A stretch of DNA of 64,000 nt from a bacterium (GTDB taxonomy: Bacteria > UBA8248 > JACPRG01 > G963555815). The stretch lies in assembly GCA_963555815.3 (NCBI GenBank), contig CAUVWX020000001.1, positions 288,001 to 352,000 on the forward strand. The letters are read 5' to 3'. Numbering within the stretch: the first letter of the stretch is position 1; each line of letters starts with the position of its first letter. The position numbers and the translations under genes were made by a program. The notes under the pieces are model-generated. The model saw only the letters and a program-made list of their open reading frames with translations, had not been told where the DNA came from and searched no databases. Below are positions 38,681-49,785 of this stretch, in pieces.

Positions 38681-40702
38681 CTACTGGCCGAGGGAATAGA
38701 CCACAGCCCGGCTGACACCCTCGCTCAGGCTGAGGAGATCTTTCGTGATGACGGCCAGAATGAGCTCTTCCGCTCCATCCCCATCAAGGTCGCCAAAGGC
38801 GTAGTCCGCGATAATCCCGCCCACCTTTCGCGAGCGCCACTGCTCTGAGAGCCCCTGCCCATCCCAGGCCATGGCGACGAGCTCGGCGTCCTTGTAACCC
38901 GATGAAGAGACGAACTCCAGCCGGCGCAGGTTGACCGGCACCAAAAGGCTCGGCCTTCCGCTCCCGTTGAGGTCTCGAAGAAGGAGGCGGCCCCGGATGG
39001 GGAGGTAGACGGGACGGACATCTGAATCAAGGCCGGAGGGCTCCTCGGGCCGGCTCAGGGTTGGGTCATGGCGAAACTCGACCAGGGAGACTCCTATCCT
39101 GTCGCCTCCCCGCCAGATCTGCTCCCCATTTCGCCGCGCAATGGTCAGGTTCTCGTTCCTCGTCACCTCCACCACCTCTTCAATCCCGTCCTGGTCCACA
39201 TCCCAGAGGTTGAACCCATAGACCTCGCCCCCCTTTGGGAGCTGAAGGGACTCCTTGGCCACGAGCTTGTCGCCCTCCCATCCGTAGCGGTAGACGTCTC
39301 CGTGGAAAGCCCTGGCCACTCCCTCCCTCTGCCCGATGAGCATCGGAGGACGTCCCACGGGCTCGATGGCCCGGAAGAAGACCGATAGTCTGGAGGCGAT
39401 GACCTCATATTTGCCGTTCCGGTGTTCCAGTACAAAGGAGAGAACGTTGGGGTGTCGCCGGTTGGTGACATAGATTTCCGGGACCCCGCTTCCGTCGAGA
39501 TCTATCGAGTCAACGGCGAGGAAACGGTCAGCGAGGCCCCCTTTGTAAAGAAACTCCTCGATCAGGCGGCCTCCCTCCCAGCGGTAGATGCTGAGGCGAT
39601 TATCGTATATAAAGGCGACCTCTACGCGGCCATCTCCGTCAAAATCCCCGGTCGTCATACCTGACGCAACCCATTTGAAAGTCTGGCTTCGGTTGACCCC
39701 CCTACTCTCTGGAACGTCCTTTCTCAGGACAAAGTTGGGGTTCACTTCCGAGTGATCGGGGGCTACTGCCCCCTCCCCTTGGCGGGGGATTGGGAATGTT
39801 CGGGCGGCGGGAGCACTGGCCACCTGGGGGAGGTCCCGGACAACGGCCAGCTGAGTCTCACCAAGGCGTCCGTCCTCGGCGTCGACGAGCTGGCTCTCGA
39901 TGACCTGGCGGTCCTGGACGAGGCGGACGGTGTTCTTCAGGAGAAAATCAGCCCGGACGAACTGCTGCAGGCGCGGGAGGTTCTCCGGACTCGTTGTCTC
40001 GGCCACCGAGACCCTCATCTCCAGGAGCCAAACCTGGAGCTTGTCGGCGTCAAAGACTTCAAAACGCCCGACCCCGGCTACGGCCGACGCAAGGCCAAAC
40101 GTGAGGGTGTCCAGGTTCAGACGCTGACCCGTCTGATTCTCAAAGGGGAGAACGGCAAGGCGGACTTTCGCCGATGTGATCCGCACTCGGTCTCCCTCCT
40201 GAATCTCAAACTCGGAGGGCGTCTTGAGGCGGGCCACCGAGAACTGTTCCCGGACTTCCTGGATCACCAGGACCCCGAGCTCCTCCTCAAAGCTGCCCAG
40301 AACCTGGCCTGTAACGGGATGCTTGAAGCTGCCGAGCTCTCGGTAGACCAAAAGCTCCGTCCCCGAACGAAGGTGACTCGCCTCGCCCAGGGTCAGGTAG
40401 ATGTCCTCTCCGCGAATGGAGGCGACAAAGCCGTCTACAGCTGGAAACTGCCCCTCCAGCTTCTCGGCCATTCTCCTGAAGGCGGAAGGATAATCGACAG
40501 GGCCTCCGGGCTCCTCCACTGCCTCCTGCGTCGAAGGAGACTCCAGTTGGGCATGGGCAAACCCGGCACCCATGAGGAGTCCCAGAAGACTCAACGCGCA
40601 GACAGACCCCTTTAAACCCCCGCTGAAGACCCTTCTAAACGGCAGGGTCACTAAAAACCCTCCCTTCCGAGAAATGGAGCCGGCGATGAGATTTAAACCC
40701 AC
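38681..40702 (-). CDS. Exported protein with FlgT/CsgG-like N-terminal region and FG-GAP/VCBS repeats (start uncertain)
   Basis: AHA signal cleavage site, HPVTGQVLG, LAVLPF, and repeated GDFDGDG/DLDGSG/DVDQDG/DLNGSG/GDLDGDG motifs. Confidence 0.75.
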   Translation of the reverse strand: MGLNLIAGSISRKGGFLVTLPFRRVFSGGLKGSVCALSLLGLLMGAGFAHAQLESPSTQEAVEEPGGPVDYPSAFRRMAEKLEGQFPAVDGFVASIRGEDIYLTLGEASHLRSGTELLVYRELGSFKHPVTGQVLGSFEEELGVLVIQEVREQFSVARLKTPSEFEIQEGDRVRITSAKVRLAVLPFENQTGQRLNLDTLTFGLASAVAGVGRFEVFDADKLQVWLLEMRVSVAETTSPENLPRLQQFVRADFLLKNTVRLVQDRQVIESQLVDAEDGRLGETQLAVVRDLPQVASAPAARTFPIPRQGEGAVAPDHSEVNPNFVLRKDVPESRGVNRSQTFKWVASGMTTGDFDGDGRVEVAFIYDNRLSIYRWEGGRLIEEFLYKGGLADRFLAVDSIDLDGSGVPEIYVTNRRHPNVLSFVLEHRNGKYEVIASRLSVFFRAIEPVGRPPMLIGQREGVARAFHGDVYRYGWEGDKLVAKESLQLPKGGEVYGFNLWDVDQDGIEEVVEVTRNENLTIARRNGEQIWRGGDRIGVSLVEFRHDPTLSRPEEPSGLDSDVRPVYLPIRGRLLLRDLNGSGRPSLLVPVNLRRLEFVSSSGYKDAELVAMAWDGQGLSEQWRSRKVGGIIADYAFGDLDGDGAEELILAVITKDLLSLSEGVSRAVVYSLGQ

Positions 40703-40840
40703 AACTTAATGGTTATAAATGCCACTCACCCCCCATTGAGGTTAGCCCAGACGGCCCAAAAGCGCAAGACCAAAAAAATAGCGGGCCTGAGACGACGCCC
40801 GGCTGTCGGCCGAGGCGGACGGAGGGCACCCTGGACGACC

Positions 40841-41770
40841 TCATTCACTTCTCTTAACAACGAGTCGCACGTACCTTTTCCCACGCGCGAAGGATTGTGG
40901 GTTGACGATATCGAGCTGATCCGTCAGATAGACCTCCAAATCTTCTACCGCTTCTCGGGCCAAGTAATGAAAAGCCGGTCTTTTCACGCGCAGTTTTTCC
41001 AGCATAAACGTCAAAAGAGGCGGTCCGAGCTTTTTGCCCCACATATACGCGCAAGCCAGTGTTGGCAGTACGTTCTCCGTAATGTCCCGTTGGCAAGTGA
41101 TCTCCCATCCCCTTTCCCGTAGCTTCTGCCTAAAAACTTCCCACTGATGACCCGATTTTCCATGGCCGTCCTCGACACGAAAATAGTCACTGATTATCCA
41201 ACGCCCATCGGGTTTCAAGATCGCTTCAACGTTAGACAGGGCCGCGTCCAGTTTCAGATACTGTAAAGACTCTGCCATAATGACGGTGCCGAAATAATGT
41301 TGAAAATCATCCACGGGCATGGTTTCAAATTTTCCTTCGATAAGCGGAACGTTTGGATAAGTCTTCATGATGTACTGAATTTGCGACGCATCGGGCGTCA
41401 GCGCGACAGGCATCAATTTCCGCTGAAGGAGAAGGCTTATCAATCCCCCCAGGCCCGAGCCCACGTCAAGGATCGGAGAGTCTTTGTCCACAATGTCGTC
41501 CAACAATAGCTCCGCATAGCGAAGCTGGGCCTTTTGAATATCACGTAGACTGATTTCTTCCGGGGCAATGGCGGGGTCGTCAAAGTGGCCGTAATGGAGA
41601 AAATGTGACGACAGGACTTGCGAGTAGAGTTTCAGTTGGGCGTCGTCACGGGCCCTGCTGGAACGCTTGGTTTTTCCTAAGAGGCGCAGGAAGCGAAACA
41701 GATGGACAGGGTGGAAGAGCTTTTTCGCAATTTGCTTTCCAACTGACTTCACAGAGATTTTCTTTGACAC
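40841..41770 (-). CDS. Class I SAM-dependent methyltransferase
   Basis: LHYG, ILDVGSGLGG, ESLQY and LKPDGRWIISDYF motifs. Likely GTG start just after the WD40 stop. Confidence 0.8.
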   Translation of the reverse strand: MSKKISVKSVGKQIAKKLFHPVHLFRFLRLLGKTKRSSRARDDAQLKLYSQVLSSHFLHYGHFDDPAIAPEEISLRDIQKAQLRYAELLLDDIVDKDSPILDVGSGLGGLISLLLQRKLMPVALTPDASQIQYIMKTYPNVPLIEGKFETMPVDDFQHYFGTVIMAESLQYLKLDAALSNVEAILKPDGRWIISDYFRVEDGHGKSGHQWEVFRQKLRERGWEITCQRDITENVLPTLACAYMWGKKLGPPLLTFMLEKLRVKRPAFHYLAREAVEDLEVYLTDQLDIVNPQSFARGKRYVRLVVKRSE

Positions 41771-41777
41771 TTTTTGC

Positions 41778-42749
41778 TCAGGATGGTCTGACGGGGACTT
41801 TCCAGAGGCGGACAATCTTGTCACTCGATCCATAGGCCAGAAGACGGCCATCAGGGGAAAAGGAGATGGCAAAGACGAAGACCGAATCTCCATGCCCCTC
41901 AAATTGTATCAGCTCTCTGCCCGTAGAAACCCCCCAGAGGCGGATGGTCCCGTCAGCTGCCCCTGATGCCAGAAGGCTGCCGTCGGGCGAGAAGGAGACG
42001 GCGTTGACCACATTTTCATGCCCCTCAAGGCGCATCAGCTCCTTCCCCGAGGACACGTCCCAGAGGCGGATGGTCTTGTCAACTGACCCTGATGCCAGAA
42101 GGCGGCCATCAGGGGAAAAGGCGACGGACAGGACATAGCCCTCATGCCCCTCAAGACGTCTTAGAGCAATTCCCGAGGATACCTCCCACAGGCGGATGGT
42201 TTTGTCCCACGCCCCCGAAGCCAGTAGGCGCCCATCGGGCGAGAAGGAGACGGAGTTGACCACATCTCCATGCCCCTCCAGGCGTGTCAGCTCCCTCCCT
42301 GAGGACACGTCCCAGAGACCGACGGTCTCGTCAAATGAGCCAGAGGCGAGGAGGCGGCCATCAGGCGAGAAGGTGACGGACTTCACCCAATCGTCATGCC
42401 CCGCAAGGCGCCCCAGTTCTCTCCCTGATGACACATCCCAGAAACGGATAGCATTGTCATCTGACCCAGAGGCCAGAAGACGGCCATCAGGGGAGAAGGC
42501 GACAGAGAAGACCGAGCCTCCATACTCCTCAATGTGTTTTAGTTCTTTCCCTGAGAACACGTCCCAAAGGCGGATGGTCCTGTCGAATGACCCTGAGGCG
42601 AGGAGGCGACCGTCGGGCGAGAAGGAAACGGAGCCGACCGAATCTTGATGCCCCTCAAGGATCCGAACTTCTTGGGAGAAAGCAAGAGACGCAAGAAGGA
42701 TAGAAAGAGGAACAATCAAGGCCTGAAAACGAAAACGGCGCACGGGCAT
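41778..42749 (-). CDS. Secreted WD40-repeat beta-propeller (7 near-identical 42-aa repeats)
   Basis: Signal-like N-terminus followed by GH...V-S-FSPDGRLLASGS-D-TIRLW repeated seven times (126-bp units). Confidence 0.95.
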   Translation of the reverse strand: MPVRRFRFQALIVPLSILLASLAFSQEVRILEGHQDSVGSVSFSPDGRLLASGSFDRTIRLWDVFSGKELKHIEEYGGSVFSVAFSPDGRLLASGSDDNAIRFWDVSSGRELGRLAGHDDWVKSVTFSPDGRLLASGSFDETVGLWDVSSGRELTRLEGHGDVVNSVSFSPDGRLLASGAWDKTIRLWEVSSGIALRRLEGHEGYVLSVAFSPDGRLLASGSVDKTIRLWDVSSGKELMRLEGHENVVNAVSFSPDGSLLASGAADGTIRLWGVSTGRELIQFEGHGDSVFVFAISFSPDGRLLAYGSSDKIVRLWKVPVRPS

Positions 42750-44131
42750 CTTTTGCTTTGCTCCTTTGGCCTAATTATATTGGCCTAATCGTATCCAAAA
42801 GATGTCTCTCAGGCTTTTTTTCTCTTCTTCGGCCAATCTCGGCCAATCTTCGACCAGTGTCTCCGGCAGGACGCAGGAGAGTCTTATCGTCCATCCTCCC
42901 GCTTCTAGGGCTGTATCTTCAACGCCCCGGACCGCCTCTAAAACCGGGGGACGGCGACCCACTGATTGGCTATCCGGTTGGATCTTGCAATCCCTTTAAA
43001 CATAAGGGCTATATTGCGATGTCTCCCAGGCGGGAGATGGATTTAGGCGTGTCTAGGGACAATCGTTTCAAGCAATCCTTAAGCCTTGGGATTTTTCTTG
43101 CCAGTTAGGTGCATCGATCCGTTTTCATTGACCATCAAATCCCACCATCATATTGATATTATTGTGAAATATACATTATTCCAAATCTCGTTCTGAACCT
43201 GCCTTCTACAGTCTGTAATCAAAACGAAAGCGGATTCGTTAAAACCCCTTCGCATCTCGGCGAGTCCCTGTCGGACCATTGTGTAGCCGTCCTCCAAAGT
43301 CCGACTCCCAACAGCTTGCTTACGGTTACGCTCCGGTACCCCGCAACGTTCATTCAGGAACCACCGGTCCACACCCCATAACGGTCACCCGATTCGCGCC
43401 CGCGGCGCAGTCGACCACAGCGACGATGACCTTCTGAGCGGGGCGCTCGCCGGCAGTCCATTCCCAAGACGCGGATTATCGTGACCAGCAGCCCTCTCGG
43501 GTCTGGATGCTCCGCTTCTCCCGGTTCGACCTCTCACGTTCTGCCCGTCGTCACGGTATTCTGGCCCAGCAATATGCGCCTCATCGTGATCTGAGGCACA
43601 GTTGTGCCGCGACACCTTATTATTTAGCCGCATAAACTCCTGTAACATACTGTAATTACACCACTTTTTCTCGCCTCTCTCATCGGCCAGATTTCGCCAA
43701 TTTCCGTTCCGTGTACAAGCGGTCAGCGGATTGGAGTCAATGCGCGTGGTGACAAGTCCGTCTGAAACTATGACTCGCCGGCTCGCCGGCCTTTACCACG
43801 CCTTACTCGCACCCCTCGTCCGCCCGCAACATTTTGCTCTCCGGACCGTCACGACCCCCCTTCAACCGTCCACCGATTCGTGCCTGGCCACAGGCCCATC
43901 CGATGAGGGCGGACTCACAATCCTTTCTGTTCGAGTTCGATAGTGAAGGTCTCGGTTCGGAAACATCAAAGGCTTCTTGAATCAAAATCCATGCCGACAC
44001 GGCATGATGCACACGGGCGGGAAGGTTCGAGCGTTAAGCGCGGGGGTCGGGGTGGGATGCCCGAAGGCGTCTCACCGACCTTGTCGTGGCAATCGACGTC
44101 CCGTCGCTCGCCACTGGCCGCTTTCTTCGCC

Positions 44132-44941
44132 TCAGAACACGAAGCAAAGGGACACTCTGAGTCCGTGGCCCGCGAGTCTTGCCCGTGTTGCGGCGAAATC
44201 GAGCTCACGCGGCTCGCGGCTTCCGTCGCGCCAGACCACCCGACCACCGCCGCGGCTCGTGCGGACCACGCCGAGGTCAGTGTAACGCCACGCGAGATCG
44301 AGCGTCGTGCCCTCTGCCAGTGGCACCGCCAACCCCGCCGTCAGCATCCAGGCGACGTCGGTCCGGCTCGCGCTCGGCACGATCGTCGTCGTCTTCGGAA
44401 AGGTCATGCGCGTTTCGCCGATCCTGTTATGTACGGCGCCGACGCCGGCCCCGACGAAGGGTTCGAGAGAGCCGAGTCTCGGCACGCCCAGCCCGGCGAG
44501 GTCGACATAGGCAGCCAACATGGCGGTAAGGGACGACAGATCCACCGTGACCGATTGCCGGCGTCCGGTCTCCAGGAAATTGGCATGGCCGCCGAAAGCG
44601 AACCGCGGGCGGTTTTCAGCCAGCACCTCCAGCCGCAACGGCGGCACGGCGGCATAGCCCAGCCCGAGTTCGAGAACGGGCACCATCCCGAAATCGCCGA
44701 CCGAGCGGTAGGGCGCGCCGTCGCCGCCCCGGCCGCAGCCGTAGAGCGCCGGCGGGAAAACGCTTAAACAGTCGAAGTCGGTGAACGCGGTCTCAGCCGG
44801 GCGGTCGAGACCGGCCCCGGTCCTGACATAGAGATCGCCGGCCCCCGCAGACCCGATCGATGTCCCGGCTGCGATCAACGCAGCCGCCAGACGAGCCCAC
44901 TTCAATCCAGCGGTTCCAGTGTCACCCCGTCTTCCCCGCAT
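44132..44941 (-). CDS. Outer-membrane beta-barrel (opacity/OmpA-like) protein
   Basis: Signal peptide, PFVGAGVG, LDLAWRYTDLG and C-terminal F. Confidence 0.75.
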   Translation of the reverse strand: MRGRRGDTGTAGLKWARLAAALIAAGTSIGSAGAGDLYVRTGAGLDRPAETAFTDFDCLSVFPPALYGCGRGGDGAPYRSVGDFGMVPVLELGLGYAAVPPLRLEVLAENRPRFAFGGHANFLETGRRQSVTVDLSSLTAMLAAYVDLAGLGVPRLGSLEPFVGAGVGAVHNRIGETRMTFPKTTTIVPSASRTDVAWMLTAGLAVPLAEGTTLDLAWRYTDLGVVRTSRGGGRVVWRDGSREPRELDFAATRARLAGHGLRVSLCFVF

Positions 44942-44962
44942 CCACTCGCCGGCGTATCCTCG

Positions 44963-45271
44963 TCACACTCCCGGCCCGTCGGCCTTCGCGTTCCAGCCTC
45001 CGTTCACCGCGTCCCTGAGTGCCTTGCCCGCCTTGAACGACGGCGCTTTCGAGGCCGGGATCGAGACCCTCTCCCCGGTCCGCGGATTCCGCCCGGTGCG
45101 CGCGCTCCGGCTCCTCGTCGCGAACGTGCCGAACCCGGCAATGCGCACCGCCTCTTCCTTAGCCAGCGCCTCGGCGATCACCTCGAACACGGCTTCGACA
45201 GCACCCTCGGCCGCGGACTTGCCCAACCCCAACCTGCCCGCCACACGCCCGACCATCTCCGACTTTTTCAT
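44963..45271 (-). CDS. HU family DNA-binding protein
   Basis: IAGFGTF...R-GRNPRTGE...P-FKAGK-LRDAVN. Confidence 0.95.
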   Translation of the reverse strand: MKKSEMVGRVAGRLGLGKSAAEGAVEAVFEVIAEALAKEEAVRIAGFGTFATRSRSARTGRNPRTGERVSIPASKAPSFKAGKALRDAVNGGWNAKADGPGV

Positions 45272-45470
45272 TGCTATTTGTTCTGCAACCGTGACCGGTG
45301 ACCAGCCGACCGCTGCCGTCCCCGCTCAATGAGTCCCACGCCCGCGCCGCACGCCCCGGCGACGTACGGCCGAGGCGCGTGTGCCCGAGCGAGGCCGCCG
45401 CGCCCTTCCCGCACATCACGCCACCCGGCCAATCGCAACATCTGCCACGCACGCGCAGCCTCGCAGCAGC

Positions 45471-46043
45471 CTACCCGCCCGAACCCCGAGCCGTCCCGGA
45501 ATGAGTCCGCATCCGCGGGTCAATCATTGCAGCAAGATTCGTTATTCGGGGCATGGCCGTGGGTGGCGAGACTCCGAAAGGATGCCCCACTTCGAGCCCA
45601 GTCAAGTCGAAGTCAAACGAATCCCCGTCAATGTTCCGGAACTGCTCCACCCGGCCTCCCCGCTTCGCTTTGAGGACGAGCGAGCCGTCGCGAACGCGCA
45701 GCCCGGTGAAGCTTACTCCGGTCTCGCGCGCCAGCACCGCCACCGCCGGCGCCGACTCTTCCGGCTTCACCGCCAGGGCCCGGACCATCTTGTCGTCGAC
45801 CCAGAACGGCGAGAACCGGCTTCTCGTCCGCGGATCTTCCCACGCCAGCAGCCCCCATCGCGCCGCTTTCAGGTCTGCCTCCGATTGTATACGCAGCGGG
45901 AACCCCGACGACTCCACGAACGATGCTGCGACGCCATTTCCAACTCCACCGTCCTGCCGCCATTGAGCAGCAGCGCTTGCTCTACAGTCTCCATTTAGCC
46001 GAGCGGCCCTGACTGGGCCAGCAATGAAGTCCCGCGGCGGCAT
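45471..46043 (-). CDS. Hypothetical protein (possibly a fragment)
   Basis: Protein-like ORF (RWGLLAWEDP...SPFW). No family recognised. Confidence 0.4.
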   Translation of the reverse strand: MPPRDFIAGPVRAARLNGDCRASAAAQWRQDGGVGNGVAASFVESSGFPLRIQSEADLKAARWGLLAWEDPRTRSRFSPFWVDDKMVRALAVKPEESAPAVAVLARETGVSFTGLRVRDGSLVLKAKRGGRVEQFRNIDGDSFDFDLTGLEVGHPFGVSPPTAMPRITNLAAMIDPRMRTHSGTARGSGG

Positions 46044-46479
46044 TTATGCCAAGCCAGCCATAGGACGCTGCGCGATGAGCCTCGCCGGCGAACCGTCCCA
46101 GCCAACGCAAAGTTCAAGTGCGATTCCACCGTCGCTCCCACTTGCCGATCATCGCCGCCTTCGATCTACTCGACTAGCTGGTGCCGGCGCCTTGCCGGAA
46201 CGGGGTGTCCCTTCGGATGCAGGTTTGATCTTCCGAGACACCGCGGAAATGTCGGCCAAATTCTACTGCGTGGACATCCAGGCTAACGGGGAGCGGTTTG
46301 GTAGTCTTCGTTTTGGAATATCAAGCGGTCTCCGTCGACTTCTGGACATGTAACGAGAGAGCCAAGCCCTTGAGCGAATACGCACACGCTAGGGACGCGG
46401 CAACTTGCGTGAATGGTACACTCGGTAAATGAACGAAATGTCTACATAGCTCAGACATATAAGGGTGGGAGACACGCCA

Positions 46480-46820
46480 ATGAAATATCTTTCTGATCCC
46501 GCGAGCATACGACAATGCTTGGTTCGTGGACTCGTTGAAACGAACTCATTTGACGCAGCGGTCGCCTTCATTGGAACGGACTGGCCAATATTTTGGGTAC
46601 CTTCTCCGGCCCTGTTCGCGTGGTCTGCTGGCCATCCAGCACAAATACCAATCCCTATGCCGTTGAACAAATGACGCAGCGAGATAACATACGCGTATGT
46701 CACCTACCGCCGATGCACGCAAAGGTATATGTATTACAAGGTATTCGTTCTGCTTGCATAATCGGCTCCGCCAATCTTACAGGAGCCGCCTTGTCGGAAA
46801 AAAACGTTTCTGGGCAGTGA
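46480..46820 (+). pseudogene. PLD/HKD-family nuclease fragment, frameshifted and truncated by an IS end
   Basis: AAVAF in one frame, then HAKVYV...IIGSANLT in another. The stop TGA is the first triplet of the IS3-type end. Confidence 0.7.
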
Positions 46821-46946
46821 GCCGCGCCGGGTTTGGCGGAGGCCATTTTGTTTGAGTCACGCCGCCATGTCTGACTGCTCGAGCATGGCGTAGTGGCGTT
46901 CCTCGGCTTCGGCCGGCGGGATGTTTCCGATGGGCTCCAGGAGCCG
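46818..46946 (-). mobile_element. IS3-family right-end remnant
   Basis: Minus strand reads RLLEPIGNIPPAEAEERHYAMLEQSDMAA*, followed by a terminal repeat-like ...GCCTCCGCCAAACCCGGCGCGGCTCA. Confidence 0.8.
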
Positions 46947-47125
46947 CAATCTATGCGGCGAGTGCTCACTCGCGATCAGCCTTCCAGTGCCACGGTAGGA
47001 GTTCATGCAAACGGATCTGCGAGAGGTCGGCACTCGCCGGGGAGGCTCTTGACCGCGCCGGCCTGTGAATGCCTACCGTGATCTGCAATGATTCTTGTGC
47101 GCAGACCTGCCGGAGAAGCGACTGA

Positions 47126-47371
47126 GTGGGCCCCGACGAGCGCTGGGTAGGGGTTGACGACGTGGCCACGCATCTCGGCGTCGGCAAGGACTCCATTTAC
47201 CGCTGGGTGGAGAGCCGCGGTCTACCGGCCCGCAAGGTGGGGCATCTGCTGCGCTTCAAGCTCTCGCGGGTTGATGCCTGGGTCGAGGCTGGCGGAGAAG
47301 AGGGCAATGGGGGCGATTCGTCGCCCCTCGGCTCGACGAATCCCTTACGCGGGAAGCAAGGGCTAAGGTGA
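47126..47371 (+). CDS. Excisionase-like HTH DNA-binding protein
   Basis: VDDVATHLGV-KDSIYRW...LPA-KVG-L-RFKLS-VDAWV. Confidence 0.88.
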   Translation: MGPDERWVGVDDVATHLGVGKDSIYRWVESRGLPARKVGHLLRFKLSRVDAWVEAGGEEGNGGDSSPLGSTNPLRGKQGLR

Positions 47372-47424
47372 GACAAGAACTGCGACCCGCCCGTGCCACG
47401 GGATGAGGTGCGAACAGGAGAGTC

Positions 47425-49785
47425 ATGACCGTTAACTCCAAGGGCCGCGAGCTCTTCATCGTCGACAACAGTGTCTCTGGCTGGACCGGGCTCCGGTACT
47501 TGGAGGAGTGGTCCAGCATCGCGAAGGCATTCGACATCGCGACCGGATTCTTCGATATCGGCGCGCTGCTCGCCCTCGACGGCAAGTGGCAGGATCTCGA
47601 CAAGATCCGGATCCTGATGGGGGCGGAGACTACGCATCGGACTAGGAAGACCATTCTCGAAGCGGTCCGGGCGCAAGCGCTCGATAGGCTCGACGAAAGC
47701 ATCGAGGAGGACAAGGAGCCCAACCCCTTCCTACACGGGGTTCCCGCGATCCTCGACGCGCTCCGCTCTGGGCAGATCGAATGCCGTGTCTACGACAAGG
47801 ACAAATTCCACGCCAAGGCCTACATCACCCACGCAAAGCTTGAGGTCGTGGGCGCCCAGGCGCTGGTAGGCTCCAGCAACTTCACGCGGCCGGGTCTCAC
47901 AAAGAACATTGAGTTGAACGTCCAGATCCAGAGCGCGCGCGAGGTCGCGCAGCTCCAGGAGTGGTTCGAGACGCACTGGAACGAAGCGAACGAGGTCACC
48001 GAGGCCGTCATCGAGACGATCTCGCACCATACGCACCTCTACTCGCCGTTCGACGTCTACGCCAAGGCGCTGCAGCAGTTCTTCCGGGAGCACGAGTTGA
48101 CCGCGACCGAGTGGGACGAGACACGGTCGCGAATGTTCCCGCACCTCGATCGCTATCAGAAGGAGGCGTATTGGGCGCCCATGCAATCCTTCCGCCGGAT
48201 CCGTGTGCTCGACCTTCACGGGAACCTCAAGAAGAAGGAGGCTGCCCCCGGGGGTGGCCGCGATGTCAACGTGTTCGACATCCAGCAGGGCGTGGCCATC
48301 GGGCTCTTCACGAAGGCTGCCGCAGCCAGCAGATGTGTCTGCCACGCCGATCTCTGGGGCAAACAGGAGCAGAAGTACTGCTGGCTGTGGGAGCACGGCT
48401 CCGCCGACACCGAATGGGTACAGCTGGAGCCAGCCCCATCGTTCTATCTGTTCGAGCCCTTCGACGACGCAGCAACAGGCGCCTACTACGGCTGGCCTGC
48501 GATCAATGAGGTGATGGACGTCAACGTGACCGGAATCGTCACGGCGCGAGACGGCTTTGTCATCGACCTCAAACCGAGTGCCCTGCTGGATCGCATTGAA
48601 ACGTTTCTTGATAACCGACTGAGCGACAACGAGGTCAAGAAGCGTCTCGGTCTGAAAGAGAACTACGCCTGGCGAGTCGCTGCGGCTCGGCGCGAACTCC
48701 GCGCGGCCACAAAGCGGAAGCGGTTAGAGGACTTCGTTACCAAGATTCTCTATCGGCCCTTCGACGAACGGTTCATCTTCTGGCATCCGTCCGTAGTGTG
48801 GAAGCCTCGGACCGAAGCCATGCCGCACCTGCTCGCGGGGTGGAATCAGGCCCTGTGCATTGGTAGAGCGGGCCAAGTGATTGGTTCAAGCGTGTGGGAT
48901 GTCTTGTTCGCTTCTACATCCCCATCAGATTTAAATTTGTTTCGGCGTGGAGGGAACTGCCTTTTCCCTCTCTACCTCTATCCCGGAGTCGGCAAGGCCG
49001 ACGGGTCGCTGTTCAGCCGCTGGGCCAAGGGGTAGGATGGTCGCATGCCGAACCTGGACTCAGGGTTTGTCGAGCAGATAGCAGCCGCCACCGAACTGCG
49101 ATTCGTCAGCGACGGCCGCGGCGATCTCCACGAGGCCTTCGGCCCAGAGGACGTCCTCGCCTGGATCTACGCGGTGTTCCACAGCCCCGGTTACCGCGAG
49201 CAGTACGAGGCTCATCTCAAGCTCGACTTCCCCCGCGTGCCGCTGCCCGGCGGCGTCGACCTCTTCCGAAAGCTGGCTTCGGCCGGCCATGACCTGCTGG
49301 CCCTCCACCTGCTCGAATCCCAGAAGCTCGGTAAGCCCATCACCACCTACACCGGCCCCAGGAACCCCGAAGTCGGCCGCGTCGGCTGGTCGGACGGCAC
49401 CGTCTGGCTCGACGCCGGCAAGACCAACGCCCGCGAGGGCCACCGCGCAACGAAGCCCGGCACCATCGGGTTCCAGGGCGTGCCAGAGGAGGCCTGGGAC
49501 TTCCAAATCGGCGGCTACCAAGTCTGCCACAAGTGGCTCAAGAATAGGAAAGGCCGCACGCTCTCGGATGAGGACGTCGCCCACTACCAGAAGATCATCG
49601 TCGCCCTGAACGAGACCATCCGCATCATGGCCGAGATCGACGAGGTCATCGAGGAACACGGCGGCTGGCCCGACGCGTTCCAGACCGGCGCGGAGTCGGA
49701 TACGCGCATCAGAGGGACGGCGATGATGATCCCCTTCCGGCCACGCACGGTCTCGCCCGTGCCCGAGGACCGCTATATCACCTGC
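47425..49785 (+). pseudogene. Chimera of a PLD-domain (helicase-type) N-terminus and a type ISP restriction-modification C-terminal region, with internal TAG
   Basis: FHAKAYI...VGSSNFT...NIELN (PLD), then VLDLHGN, NVFDIQQGVAI, GIVTARD, YRPFD, FPLYLY, DFPRVP and IGGYQVCHKWLK (type ISP C-terminus). TAG at 49033-35. No methyltransferase or helicase motifs remain. Confidence 0.8.

Noticed and set aside
41800..42680. Regular repeats as a CRISPR array
   Set aside because: They are 126-bp in-frame coding WD40 units with no unique spacers, and there are no cas genes in the window.
43100..44100. Possible ncRNA or gene in the island's non-coding stretch
   Set aside because: I could only find short unconvincing ORFs and no recognisable RNA motif or repeat. 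An Rfam or BLAST search would be needed.
17226..49035. Genome-wide stop-codon reassignment suggested by several in-frame stops
   Set aside because: The internal stops are of all three types and lie mostly in decaying accessory genes. Core genes terminate normally at TAA, TAG and TGA.
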